From positions 182,344,001-182,408,000 of the forward strand of contig NC_086097.1 of assembly GCF_963921235.1 (NCBI RefSeq): 64,000 nucleotides of DNA, written 5' to 3'. This DNA is from Mobula hypostoma. Taxonomy: Eukaryota. The notes beneath the pieces were generated by a model. It searched no databases and was not told where the DNA came from. It worked only from the letters and a program-made list of their open reading frames with translations. Of the stretch, positions 38,640 through 51,651 are shown piece after piece (position 1 is the stretch's first letter; every line of letters begins with the position of its first letter). Made by a program: the position numbers and the translations under genes.

Positions 38640-39620
38640 GTCACAGAGTCGTACAGCAATATAGCTGGATACAGGCCCTACGGCCCAACAAGTCCATGCT
38701 GACAATGGAGTCCACCCAGCTAGTCCCAATTTCCTGTGTTCAGCCCATATCCCTCTGGACTCCATCTCTGCATGTACCTATCCAAATGTTTCTTCAATAT
38801 TATTGTATCTGCCTCAACCAATTTCTCTGGCAGTTCATTCCATGTACTCAACAGCCTTTGCATGAAAAAGTTGCCCTTCAAGCCCACTAGTCCTGACAAC
38901 ATTCTCATAAGTCTCTTACTGAATCCTTTCTAATTTAATCATGTCTTCCTATAACAGGGTGATCAAACTGCACAAGGTACTCCACGGGTGGCCTCACCAA
39001 TGACTTATACAACAGCAAACATAAGGTCCCAATTATAATACTTTGTCTCTGAATTGATGAAGTCCAGTGTGCTAGATGTATTCACCAACCTGTCTACTGC
39101 TTTCAATGAGCTATGCTGTTGTCCCTTTGTTCCATTACCCTTCCTATTGCCCTACCATTCATAGTACAAATCCTCTGATGGCTTGACTTTCCAAACGTCA
39201 CCTCACACTTATCTGTTTTAAAATCCATTGGCCCCTCCTCAGCTTAGTTCCTTAACTGATCAATGTCCCCTTGTAATCTACGATAACCATCTTTACTATT
39301 ATCGACATAACTCCTCATTTCATATCATCCATAAATTTACTGCCAGAAACAAGCGTCCTGTGCATTCATATCAAAATCATTTATAAAGTAACAAATAACA
39401 AGGGTTCCAACACCAACCCCATCAGCACACTGTTAATCACAGGCTTCCAATTAGAGAAACAACCTTCATCCACCACCCCACCAGCCTCTGCTTCCTACCT
39501 CTGAGTCAATGATGAATCTACCTAAACAGCTCTTCATGGATTCCATGGGACCTAACCTTCTGGACCAGCCTCCCATGCAATATCCTGTTGAAGACCTTGA
39601 TAAAGTACAATAGACAGCAT
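38640..39620 (-). mobile_element. Decayed CR1 3' region
   Basis: FFMQRLLSTWNELPEKLVEA and tail acaggcccta cggcccaac. Confidence 0.8.
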
Positions 39621-40257
39621 TGCATTAGGGCTTCTCAGGTTTGTTCAATAAGCTGATAGCACCGTGGAAGAAACTGTTGTTGAATCCCGAGGTGAAAGTG
39701 TGTCCTGATGGCAGCACCCAAGAAAGGCCATGGCCCAGATGGTGAGGCCCTGAATGAATTCGTGGTCTTATGGATGTTGCCTTTCTGAAACATCACTGCC
39801 TCCCTCTCAGACTGCAGGTTTCAGACTGTTCCCACTCCCTAAGGAAATGGTCCCTCCCCACATCCTCACACAAATCCCAGACTGTATTCCCCTGGACATG
39901 GGTCCACCATCCCTTTAACTCCATTCTCTGTCCACCCCTGACCTTCTTTCGACCTTCACTGCTTTACTGAGCCCAGCTTTTCGTGTCTGCTCCTGAGTGA
40001 ACCCCGTTCCCCAGAACTCTTCGGGGAAATCCCCAAGATCCTCACCCACCGTGCAGTGTGGTGACCAGAAATGGACCTAGTCCCGCCGATGGGGCCTGAC
40101 CAGTGGTTTATGAATGTCCTACAGCATTTACTTTGGCACTGGGATCATGTCTGGACCGCCCCACCAACACCTCCCAGAACTGGAGCAACATTTTGAGAGT
40201 TGGAGAAGGTGAGTGAGCTATGATGTGTGCAGACATTCAAGGGTTCTGAAGAGACTT

Positions 40258-41517
40258 GGTGGAGGAGGGTGGGATATCTGTGGTACCCAGGTGGAGGAGG
40301 GTGAGATATCTGTGGTACCCAGGTGGAGGAGGGTGGGATATCTGTGGTACCCAGGTGGAGGAAGGTGGGATATCTGTGGTACCCAGGTGGAAGAGGGTGG
40401 GATATCTGTGGTACCCAGGTGGAGGAAGGTGAGATATCTGTGGTACCCAGGTGGAGGAAGGTGGGATATCTGTGGTACCCAGGTGGAGGAGGGTGGGATA
40501 TCTGTGGTACTCAGGTGGAGGAGGGTGGAATATCTGTGGTACCCAGGTGGAGGAGGGTGAGATATCTGTGGTACCCAGGTGGAGGAGGGTGAGATATCTG
40601 TGGTACCCAGGTGGAGGAGGGTGAGATATCTGTGGTACCCAGGTGGAGGAAGGCGGGATATCTGTGGTACCCAGGTGGAGGAGGGTGGGATATCTGTGGT
40701 ACCCAGGTGGAGGAGGGTGAGATATCTGTGGTACCCAGGTGGAGGAAGGTGGGATATCTGTGGTACCCAGGTGGAGGAGGGTGGGATATCTGTGGTACTC
40801 AGGTGGAGGAGGGTGGAATATCTGTGGTACCCAGGTGGAGGAGGGTGAGATATCTGTGGTACCCAGGTGGAGGAGGGTGAGATATCTGTGGTACCCAGGT
40901 GGAGGAGGGTGAGATATCTGTGGTACCCAGGTGGAGGAAGGCGGGATATCTGTGGTACCCAGGTGGAGGAGGGTGAGATATCTGTGGTACCCAGGTGGAG
41001 GAAGGTGGGATATCTGTGGTACCCAGGTGGAGGAGGGTGAGATATCTGTGGTACCCAGGTGGAGGAAGGCGGGATATCTGTGGTACCCAGGTGGAGGAGG
41101 GTGAGATATCTGTGGTACCCAGGTGGAGGAAGGTGGGATATCCGTGGTAGATTTGGGAACAGCTTCTTTCCATCTGTGATAAGACTGCTGAATGGATCCT
41201 GACCCGGATCTGGGCCGTACCCTCCAAATATCCAGACCTGCCTCTCGGTTTTTTTACACTACCTTACTTTCCATTTTTCTATTTTCTATTGATGAATTAT
41301 AATTTAAATTTTTAATATTTACTATCAATTTGTAATCCAGGGAGCAGGAAGCGCAGAATCAAATATCGCTGTAATGATTGTACGTTCTAGTATCAATTGT
41401 TTGGTGATAATAAAGTATAAAGTTTAAAGTATAAAGTACCTAGGTGGAGGAGGTTGGATATCTGTGGTCCCAGGTGAAGGAGGGTGGGATATCTGTGATA
41501 CCTAGGTGGAGGAGGGA
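40258..41517. repeat. 32-bp G-rich minisatellite GGTGGAGGA(G/A)GGTG(G/A)GATATCTGTGGTACCCA, about 28 units plus about 2.5 diverged units after an insertion
   Basis: Direct periodicity over 40258-41149 and 41436-41517. Confidence 0.97.
41150..41438 (+). mobile_element. Rex1/Babar-type 3' end inserted in the minisatellite
   Basis: Starts RFGNSFFPSVIRLLNGS* and ends aataaagtataaagtttaaagtataaagta. Confidence 0.8.
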
Positions 41518-41939
41518 AATAAACCATGCAGGGAAATCAGCACCAAGAAATTTAACACTTTGTGTGTTGGGAAACAATGGGGTCAGTGAGCCGAGGGACT
41601 GAGGGCAAGAGGGAGATGAGGTGTAGTCTGTGACCAGCTCTGACTTGGGATCTCTCTCTCCCTCTCCCTCTATCAGTCTGTCTCAACCTATTTGTCTCCC
41701 CTCTCCCTTCCTCCTTCCATCCCACTCTTTCTGTCTCTCTTCCTTCCTCCCTCTCTGTATCCCCCCTTTCTCCCTGTCTCATGCCATTCTTAACTAAGAT
41801 GTTATTTTTCTGACAACCTTCCTCACTTATCTCCATGTGTGTGAATTGTCTTTTTTTCTGTGCCGCCCTTGCCTTGACCCATTCCCAGCCCTTACCTATC
41901 ATTTACTCCGATACTTTTCCTGTAACCTCCACTTAGATT

Positions 41940-42390
41940 CATGAAGCATTTCAGCACAGAAACAGGCCCTCCGGCCCATCTAGTCCTTGCTGGCCTAGTC
42001 TGCCTAGATCCATCTAGCTGTACCCCTCTCATCCATATACTTATCCAGACCTCTTAAATATCAGAATTGAAACCATATCCACTGCTTCTGCTGGCAGCTC
42101 GTTCCACATTCACACAACCCTCTGAGTGAAGAAGCTCCCCCTCAGATTCCTCTTAAATATTTCACCTTTCATCCTAAACGTATGATCTCCATTTCTAGCC
42201 TCAGCTAGCCTGAGGGGAAAACCTGCAAGCATTTACCCTATCTATGCCCCTCACAATTTTGCGTACCTCTGTAAGATCTCCCCTCATTCTCCTATGCTCC
42301 ACTGACTAAAATCCTAATCTTTTCAACTTTACTCAGGCACTCAAGCCCCAGCAACATTCCTGTAAATTTGCTCTGTACTCTTTCCTGTAG
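41940..42390 (-). mobile_element. CR1 3' fragment
   Basis: Tail agcacagaaacaggccctccggccc and typical CR1 end motifs. Confidence 0.75.
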
Positions 42391-42492
42391 GTCCACTCTT
42401 GTTCTTTGCCTCTCTGTACTCGCATCTCTCTTACCTTCCTTTCCCATTTTATTCTGTTCATGTCTATTTCTCCCCTGTTTCGTTCTCTCAGC

Positions 42493-42945
42493 CCGTCTTC
42501 TCTCTTGTTCCTCTTCACCTGTCTTCTCTCTCTCATTCCTCTTCACCTGTCTTCTCTCTCGGCCCGCTTCACCTGTCTTCTCTCTCTTGGCCCTCTTCAC
42601 CTGTCTTCTCTCTCATTCCTCTTCACCTGTCTTCTCTCTCTTGGCCCTCTTCACCTGTCTTCTTTCTCTCGGCCCTCTTCACCCATCTTCTGTCTTGTTC
42701 CTCTTCACCTGTCTTCTCTCTCTTGGCCCTCTTCACCTGTCTTCTCTCTCGGCCCTCTTCACCTGTCTTCTCTCTCTCGGCCCTCTTCACCTGTCTTCTC
42801 TCTCATTCCTCTTCACCTGTCTTCTCTCTTGGCCCTCCTCACCTGTCTTCCCTCTCTCATTCCTCTTCACCTGTCTTCTCTCTCATTCCTCTTCACCTGT
42901 CTTCTCTCTCGTTCCTCTTCACCTGTCTTCTCTCTTGGCCCTCTT
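42493..42945. repeat. Pyrimidine-rich tandem repeat of about 25-29 bp, core CCTCTTCACCTGTCTTCTCTC
   Basis: Direct periodicity with a variable (CT)n part and ATT/GGC/GTT linkers. Confidence 0.93.
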
Positions 42946-43544
42946 TACTTGTACCTTTCCACTTCTACTGAGCTCCTTACTCTGCCCCAATTTGTCTGCA
43001 ACACTTCCTGCTCTCTCTCTCTGTCCCATTCTCTCTGCCTCTCTCCACCCTCAATCTCCACACCCCTCTCCTCTAACCATCCCTCAGCTTATTCTCTCTC
43101 TGTCTGTCTCACTCTTCCTGGTTTGCTCTCTCTGAATCTGCCTGTTACTGGGATAGTTATCATTTGCCTAAACGATCTCTGCTTCCATCAGAATTAATCA
43201 GTGCTGCTCTCAGAAACACGTACACAAGTTAGTGTTAATTTGCCTGTGAATGCATTAAAGCTAATGAAACCTGAGTGGTGGGGAATCCTCTAGGGGCCCA
43301 TTAATCACCCGCCTCGACAGGCAGCCTTGATTACAAGTGGCAAGAAATTCATTAGAGTGGAGTCACTGACAACTTTTATCTATCTGCTAGATCTGAGTCA
43401 TTAGGCAGCCAAATGAAAGCTATGATGGTGATGATGAAATTCATCGGTTGTTTATCTTGTGTGGTTTAATCCATGTGAGTTTGCATCACCCACGGGTCTG
43501 TCACACCCCCTGAGGCATCGCACTGGCAAAGGGACGTGTATAAC

Positions 43545-43830
43545 TGGGCTCTGGGAACTGAGACATGAGAAATGGAGAAGGAATTGGGGACTGGGAATTG
43601 GGAGCTGGGAACTGGGAATGGAACTGAGAACTAGGCCGAGGATCTTGGAACAGACTGGGAAATAGGAATTCAGAGCAGGGCTGAAGTTGGGAGCTGGGAA
43701 GTGGAAATGGAAATGCGACCTGGGATCTGAGGACTGGGATTGGGGACAGAACTAGCTGCTGGGAACTGGGGACTCAGATGGGAAATGAAAACAGTGATTG
43801 GGACTGAACAATGGGGAACTTGAATGAAAG
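43545..43830. repeat. Degenerate CTGGGAA-like short tandem repeat
   Basis: Recurring ctggga(a/c/g) about every 7 nt. Confidence 0.6.
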
Positions 43831-43919
43831 AAATAGGAGCAAACAGAGGCTTTGATTCTGCACAGCTCACCTCCTCCTTTCCAGAAATCTATTTGCTCTG
43901 TTTTGATCGACCTCAGAGT

Positions 43920-46900
43920 TAAAGAGTCCGACAGCACAGAAACAGGCCCTTTGGCCCAGCACATCCATGCTGACCCACCTAAACTTACTGGCACATAGTC
44001 CAGCACCTTCTACATGTTGGCAATGCAAGTGTTCACCAAGCTACTGTGGGGGTCTCTGTTTCCACCAGCCCTCAGGGAGTGGCTCCAGACTCCAACCCCA
44101 CCCTGGGGGAACAAGTCCTTCCACCCATCCCTTTGAAACTTCCTACTTCTACCCTAAACCTATGCTCTTTAGTTTTAGATACCCTAGCAATGAGAAAACT
44201 TCCCTCTCTCTACAAAGTACACATTTCCTACACCTCTATCAGATCCCCCCTCCATATTCTCCAGTCCAAAGTAAACACGATGCTCCTTCATCCTCTCCCC
44301 TCATAACTAAAGTCCTCCAATCCGGACAGCACCTTGCTGAGTCCCCTCTCTACCCTCTCCAACGTCACCACATCCTTCCTATAGTGTGGTAACCAGAACT
44401 GTTCACGTCGGTCTAGTGTAGGGTCAAAGTATTATTTTATAAAATTCCATAGCCCCCTTGTTCTTATATTCTGTGAGCAGCTTTAAATTCTGGGGTTTCA
44501 ACGTTTCAGAGTATTTGATGGCTCTGGGCCTGTACTCAATGGAGTTTAGAAGAATGAGGGGGGAACCTCACTGAAACCCATCAAATTTTAAAAGGCCTAG
44601 ATAGAATGGAAGTGGAGAGGATATTTCCAGTAGTGGCAGAGTCTAGTGCCAGTGGGCACAGCCTCAGAATAGAAGGTAATCCCTCCAGAACAGAGGTGTG
44701 GAGGAATTTCTTTAACCAGAGGGTGGTGCATCTGTGGTATTCATTGCCACAGATGGCTGTGGAAGCCAAGTCATTAGGTATATTTAAAATGGAGGTCAAT
44801 TAGTTCAATTAGGAAGGATGTCAAAGGTTATGTAGAGAAGACAGGAGAATGGTGTTGATTGAATGGCAGAGCAAACTCGATGAGCCTAATGGCCAGGTTC
44901 TGTTTCTATGTTGTATTGCCTTATAGTTTTATGGTGGCAGAGTGTAAAAGCACAGGGTGGTAGCAGTGGGGAACTGAGCTTTTCCAGGATTGACTGGGCT
45001 GCCTCAGTGCAAGAGGCTTAGTGGAGCAAGATAATGTCCTGTCGCAGTGTGTAGAGAATGAGGAGGGACAAATGATTGAAGAATCTGTGCAGGAAAACTT
45101 TGCGAACAGTGCCTATAGTCACATCAGCTTCAAGGTAGTTGTGGAGAAAGGTGAAAGTGCTCACCAAGATTTAATACGACTAAGTATGAGGTGTTGCACT
45201 TTGAGAGCTCAAATGCAAAAGGAAATTTTACAGTAAATGGCAGGACTCTTGGGAGCACTGATGTACAGAGTGACCTTGGGAGAAAATTCCATTGCTACCC
45301 AAGGAAAAAGTGGCAACACAAGTGGATTGTGTGATAGGGAAGGCATACAGGACCTTTGCCTTCATCGGTCTGCATGTTGAGTGTGAGGGTCAGGAAGTCA
45401 TGTTGCAGCTTTGGTCGGGACACAGTTGGAGTACTGCGTGCAGGTTTGGTCACCCCACTACAGGAAAGCTTCGGAGAGCGTGCAGGTGAGGTTCACCAGG
45501 GTGCTACCTAGATTAGAAGGTATAAGCTATAAGGAGAGGTTGGACAAAATTGGATTGTTTTCTCTGTAGCAGCAGAGGCTGAGGGAATAGCAGATAGAAT
45601 TTTATAAGACAATGAGAAGCATAGATAAAGTCCATATAACATAGAACAAAGAACAGTACAGGCCCTTCAGCCCACAATACTGTCTCATCCTTTTAACCTA
45701 TTCCAAGATCAGTTTAATGCACCCCTTCCACACAGCCCTCCATTTTTCTTTCATCCATGTGCCTACCTAAGATTTCTGTAAACATCCCTAATGTATCTGC
45801 CTCTATCACCACCCCTGACAGTACATTTAATGCACACATCACTCTCTGTGTAAAACACCTACCTCTGACATCCCCCTTATACTTTTCTTCAATCACCTTA
45901 AAAGTATGTCCTCTTGTATTAACCATTACTGTCCTGTGGAAAAAATTGCTGGCTGTCCACTCAATCTATGCCTCTTATCATCTTATACAACTCTATGAAA
46001 TTGCCTCCCATCCTTCTTCACTGCGAAGAGAAAAGCCCTAGTTCGCTTAAACTTCCCGCGTATGGCATGATCTCTAATCCAGGCAGCATCCTAATAAATC
46101 GTTTCTGCACTGTCTTCAAAGGCAAAACAACCTTTATAATATGAAGCAAAACAGGCAAAATGCTGGAGGAACTCAGCAGGTCAGGCAGCGTCTATGGAAA
46201 TGAATAAGCAGTCGATGTTTCGGGTCGACACCCTTCTTCAGGACTACATACTATGAGGCAAGCAGAACAGAACATAATACTCCAAGGGTGGGCTAACCAG
46301 AGTTTTTTTTAGAGCTGCAACAATGCCTTGTGGCTCTTGAACCCAATCCCCCAACTAATGAAAGTCAAAACACCATATGCCTTCTCAACTACCCTATGTG
46401 CTTGTGTGGCAACTTTGAGGTATCTATAGACATAGACCCTAAGATCCCTCTGTTCCTCCACACTGTTAAGAATCCTGCCATTAATCCTGTACATTTACCT
46501 TCCAAAATGCATCACTTTTCAACACTTTTCTGATTGAACTCCATCTACCTCTTCTCTGACCAGCTCTGCGTCCAATCAATGTCCCATTGGATTCTATGAC
46601 AACCCTCATAACTATCCACAACACTGTCAACCCTCGTTTATCTGTAAACATACTAACCCACTTTTCCACTTCTGCACCAAACTCACAAAGAGCAGGGGTC
46701 CCAGAACCGATTCCTGCAGAACTCCACTGGTCACCATCCTCCAGGCAGAATACACTCCATCTACTACCAGCCTCTGTCATCTATAAGTAGCCAATTCAGG
46801 GAAACCGAATTTCCCCGGATCCCATGCCTCCTGACTTCCTGAGTCAGCTTGACATGTGTAACCTTGTCAAATGCCTTACACTGCATCCACTGCTCTAACT

Positions 46901-48380
46901 TCATTAGCTTGTTTTGTCAGATCCTCAAAGAATTCAATCAGGCTCATGAGGCACGACATGCCCCTCACAAAGCCATGGTGACTATGCCTAATCAGAGTAT
47001 GCTTCTCCAAATGCTTATAAATCCTGTCTCTAAGAATCCTCTTCAATAGTTTACCCACCACTGACATGAGACTCACGGGTCTATAATTCCCAGGATTATC
47101 CCCATTACCTTTCTTTAACGAAGGAATAACATTTGCCACCCTCGTCTTATGTACTACTTCTGTGGCCAATGAAGATCATTGCCAAAGGCACAACAGTCTC
47201 TACCCTTGCTTTTTGTAGTAATCTAGAGCATATCCTGTCCAGTTCTGGGAATTATCTCTCCTAATGTTTTTCAAAATTTAAAAATCATCCTCATCCTTAA
47301 TTGAGATATGTTTGAGCATATTAGCCTGGTGACATTAACCTCACATTTGCTAAGATACCTCTCACTAGTGAATACTGAAGCAAAGTATTCATTAAAGACC
47401 TCCCCTACCTCTTCTGACGCCAGGCACGTTTCCTCTTTTCTCCTTGATCAGTCCTACCCTCACCCTAGTTACCCTCCTGTTCTTCATGTACATGTAGACA
47501 GCTAGTATCTTTTCCCCGGAATAGAAATGTCAAATACTAGTGGGCAGGGAAAAATGTTGTTAGGTTAATCTTGGAATAGGTGGAAAGGTCTGCACAACAT
47601 TGTGGGCTGAATGGCCTATACTGTGCTATGCTCTATGAGAGTTTAAAGGAGATGTGTACCTTATGTTACTCCTATCTGCTGGTATGGACCACTTTTCCTG
47701 TTTGCGTACTGATATATTTTGTAATTTCTATGTCGCCTGTTTAAATGCATCTCCATCATTAAATCTTTCGATAGCTTCTCCCAAATGATCATCTTACCTT
47801 CATACCCCCATACATTCAACACCTCCTTTCTTTAGATTTAAAACCTTGGTTTTGCATTGAACTGCAACAACTTTAAATCTGTCTATCTAAAGTAAAATCC
47901 TAGCCTGTTATGATTGCTCCTCCCCAAAGCAAACATTAACCATTTTCGTGTTACATTTTCACCAAGGATGGTCAATATATGGTACAGGCTGCCAGAGGAA
48001 GTGGCTGAGACAGGTACAACAACAACACATAAGAGACATTTGGACAGATGACGGATAGCAGTGTTTTGGAGGGATATGGGTCAAATGCAGGGAAATGGGT
48101 TGAACTTAAATTCCATCATCTGCAGTTGCCTGGGTCAATGTCCTGGTGAAGCTCCTGTGCAGCCCCACCAGTACCATCACACCTTTCCTATAGTGTGCTG
48201 ACCAGAAATGCATGCAGTGCTCCAGCTGTGGTCTGACCAGAGTTTATAATATTGGAACATAACTTCCCTACCGTTGCATTCACTGCCCTGATTGTAAATG
48301 CCAGCATTACGTCTGCTTTCTTCACTACCTTATTGACATGTGCCACAAGTTCCGGTGGCCTTCAGTTTTGTACAAAGATG
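43920..48380. mobile_element. Cluster of CR1 fragments in both orientations, including a long minus copy at about 45640-47510
   Basis: GHSLRIEG..FFNQRVV and KKGNGDNPGNYRPVSLMSVVGKLL. Confidence 0.8.
46210..46245 (-). ncRNA. Hammerhead motif with intact core in a short Penelope copy (about 46150-46245)
   Basis: AGUC-CUGAAGA-A-GGGU(GUCG)ACCC-GAAAC-AUC-GACU. Stem II is fully Watson-Crick. Stem III is damaged by a CpG-type change. Confidence 0.6.
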
Positions 48381-48649
48381 TGCCACTGTTTCGCAAGGAG
48401 CTCTTCGCCCTGCCCTCCCTACCTCACCTTGGACCCTTTCCCCACACCCTCTCCTCCTCTCACCTTCCACTCACCCCAACATCATCCGGAAACCACTTCC
48501 CTCACCTTCTCCACACCCTCCTACCTGGGTATCCTACCTCATACTCTTCCTCCTCCCCTCACCCCTCCCTCCCTTCCAGAGTCTGCCCTTCTTCCTCAAC
48601 AATCCAAACTTGATCAACTGGTCCCCGCCAAGCCCAGCAGCCTCAGATG

Positions 48650-48905
48650 TTGTGTTTGATCCTGGGATTATGTGATGGGACAGTGCAGAGGGAGCTTCGC
48701 TCCGTGTCTAACCTCAGGAGTGTGTGTCGGGACAGTGTAGAGGGAATTTCACTCTGTGTCTGACCCCAGGAGTGTGTGCCGGGACAGTGTAGAGGGAATT
48801 TCACTGTGTCTGACCCCAAGATTGTGTGACGGGACAGTGCAGAGGGAGCTTCGCTTCGTGTCTGACCCCAGGAGTGCGTGATGAGACGATGTAGAAGGGA
48901 AATTA
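48650..48905. repeat. 52-bp tandem repeat, about 4.5-5 units, GGGACAGTGTAGAGGGAGCTTCACTCTGTGTCTGACCCCAGGAGTGTGTGAT
   Basis: Unit starts at 48677, 48729, 48781, 48831 and 48883. Confidence 0.9.
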
Positions 48906-49597
48906 CTTGGCTTCTGTTACGTTGCATGGGTTGGAGTTTAATATGGAACGTCTGGTCTGTGTGTAGTTTGAATGTGACCCCAACATGTGGCTTGTTTCTC
49001 TGCATCAGACAATGCTAGCTGCTCGCCTGACTGACATGGTGTGGGATTGCAGGGTTAACAAGCGTCCTGTCTACTCTGTGTTTTACTGGTGAGCTCGTCC
49101 CTCCCTCTCTCTCTCTCTGTATGTGGGTGATTGATTGAAGGGTTCATTAGAATGCACCAGTAAATGGCCATTTAATGTGGCCCATCTCTGAGCAGCCAGC
49201 AACCATTTACCCTCAACAAGATAAATTGTTTTTTTGTCTCTCAGACTCATTAAGCGGCCAACAAGAGAAGAATAAAATGAGAGTTGAGTGGGACTGGATC
49301 AGGCAGTCAGTGTGCAGCCAGAGAATTTGGACCGAGCCCAGTCCTGCACTCTGACACCATCCGCTCCCTGCACCCCACCACCCCAACCCCTCCCCTTCCT
49401 TCCGCTCACTCCCACCAGCTGAGCCAAACTCACAGACTCCGATCTGCAACATCACCTCACACCTATCCCGTACAGATACCTGGGTAGGTGCGTCCGAGGA
49501 TGGTCATCTCACCACTGAGCTGCCAGACTGAGTGCTGGAGGCAGCAACAGTAAATGTTGTTTACTGCAGCTCATTCCCGAATCCAGCCACCCTGTGC

Positions 49598-49680
49598 ACT
49601 GCCACACAGTTCCAGAGACATCGGCTCAATCCCAGCCTTGGTGCTGAAGGGCCTGTTTCTGTGCTGCATCCCTCTGTCAC
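49598..49680 (+). mobile_element. Internally deleted tRNA-headed SINE with a CR1-like tail
   Basis: ctgccacacagttccagagacatcggctcaatccc (degenerate B box) fused to gctgaagggcctgtttctgtgctg. Confidence 0.5.
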
Positions 49681-49809
49681 TGGCCTTTCCATTCTAAGAA
49701 TGTAACACTCAGCTGGTCAAGCAGTGTATGTGGGGAAAGAAACAGTTGATATTCAAGTCAATGAACATTTAGCAGTCCTGCAGTTCCCTCCCCTGTTTCT
49801 TACACTATC

Positions 49810-51300
49810 TGAGGACGTGGAGAATGTAGAGGAGATTATAAAAGACGTGACAAAGATCTTTGTATCCTAAACACAAGAGGTTTTGCAGATGCTGAAATCC
49901 AGAGCGGCACACATAAAATACTGGAGGAACTCAGCAGGCCAGGCAGCATCTATGGAAATGAATAAACAGTTTGTGATTTAGGCTGAGACCCAGCACTTTG
50001 TGTGTGTCGATCTTTATATATCTTTTGGCCATAGACCCAGAGGACTGGAGAGGATGCAATGTTGTTCCTTTGTTTAATAAGGGCACCAAGAATAGAAATT
50101 AGAGGTTGGTGAGTCTCATATCAGTGGTGCGGAAGCTACTGGAGAAAGAATCTTAGGGATATGATCTATTTGCATCTGAAAAACCATGGATTTACTAGGG
50201 AAAATTAGCATAGCCTTGTTCAAGAACAGTCCTGTCTTATAAATTTGGTTTCTGTTTTAGAGGAGGTTCCCAAGGTGATTAATGGGAGTTGGGCAGTGGA
50301 TGTTGTCAGCATGTCCCTTATGTAGACTAATCCATGAGACCCATGAAACATGGTGGATTGGATTCAAAATTGGTTTGTCCATAGAAGGTAGTGGTGGAGG
50401 GCTGTTTTCCATGACCAGTGGTGTTCTGCAAGAGTCACTCTCAGCACCTCTGTTATTTGTGATATATTGGATGTAAATGTAGGTGGACTGATGACACTCA
50501 AGTTCATTGGCGTTGTGGATAAAGGATTCAGTGGATTATAGACCAGTAGGAAATGTAGGTAGAAAAATGGCAGATAAAGTTTACTTTGGATAAGCATGAG
50601 GTGATGCATTTAGAGAGGTCAAATGCAGGACCTTTCGGACCATTGATGTACAGGGGGACCTTGGGGTGGAATTTCATTGATCTCTGAAAGTGGTAACACA
50701 AATACATAGGGTGGTAAACAAGGTGTATGGCATATTTCCTTCATAAGTTTGGGCGTTATGTATGAAAGTCAGGAAATGATTTTGGTGAGGCCACACTCGG
50801 AGTACAGTGTACAGTTCTGGTCATCCCATCACTGGAGGGGTGTGGGCACTTTGAAGAAGGTGCAGAAGAGTTTCACCAGGACGCTGCCTGGATTATACAG
50901 TATTAGATATAAGGAAAGGTTGGGAACATTTGGATTGTTTTCTCTGGAGCATCAAAGGTTGAGGGGAGAGCTGACTGAAGTTTATTAAACTGTGCAGGGA
51001 ATAGGGAAAGTATAGAATCAGCATCTTTTTGCCAGAATGGAAAAGTCAAATTCAAGAGTTCATAGGTTTAAGGTGAGAGGGAAAGTTTAAAGGAGATGTG
51101 TGAGGCAAGGTTTTTTAAATGTAGGTACTTGGAATAGACTTCGGGGATGATGCTGGAAGCAGATAGCAATGTTTAAGAGGCATTTCGATGGGCAGGGAGT
51201 GGAGGGGTATGAACTTTGTGCAGGCAGATGGCATTGCATCGTGTTCAGCCCAGACATGGTGGTTGAAGAGCCCGTTCCTATGCTGTACTGTTCTGTGATC
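49810..51300 (+). mobile_element. Decayed CR1 RT and 3' end with a Penelope terminus at about 49867-50009
   Basis: TSGVLQES, LVRPHSEYSVQFWS, FSLEHQRLRGEL. Confidence 0.8.
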
Positions 51301-51651
51301 TTAGTCCACTGAGATCGCTGAGTTTTCCACTTCCACTGACACTAAACTTCTACTTCATACTTCTGTTCCTGCAATTCAGTATTTCACCCAGAACAACAGC
51401 ATTTGCTTTCCCCACATTATCTGCTTCCACACAGTGGGCTGAACAGGCCCGACTCTGTAATTGGTAATCACCTTGACTTTTGCAAACCGGTGAAATAACA
51501 TGGACACCTTGGTTTTAATTTTCTGCATTTTCCATTCCCTCTTTTCCTTCCTGATTTAATTTCTTCTCCCACAATCCCCACGCTCTTCAGGTGTTGTGTG
51601 TGAGACTCTCAGTGTCTGACAGTACTCCTTACCCTCTCCACCTGGGACCTG

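Noticed and set aside
40258..41149. CRISPR-like periodicity (32-bp units here, also the 28-bp array)
   Set aside because: Units are head-to-tail with no unique spacers, there are no cas genes, and the context is a vertebrate genome.
42368..43197. Three overlapping Leu/Ser/Phe-rich ORFs of 190-263 aa
   Set aside because: Open in all frames because the pyrimidine repeat lacks stop codons.
39348..49071. Shared 14-mer AACAAGCGTCCTGT near 39348 and 49057
   Set aside because: No flanking similarity. A match this short is plausible by chance in 64 kb.
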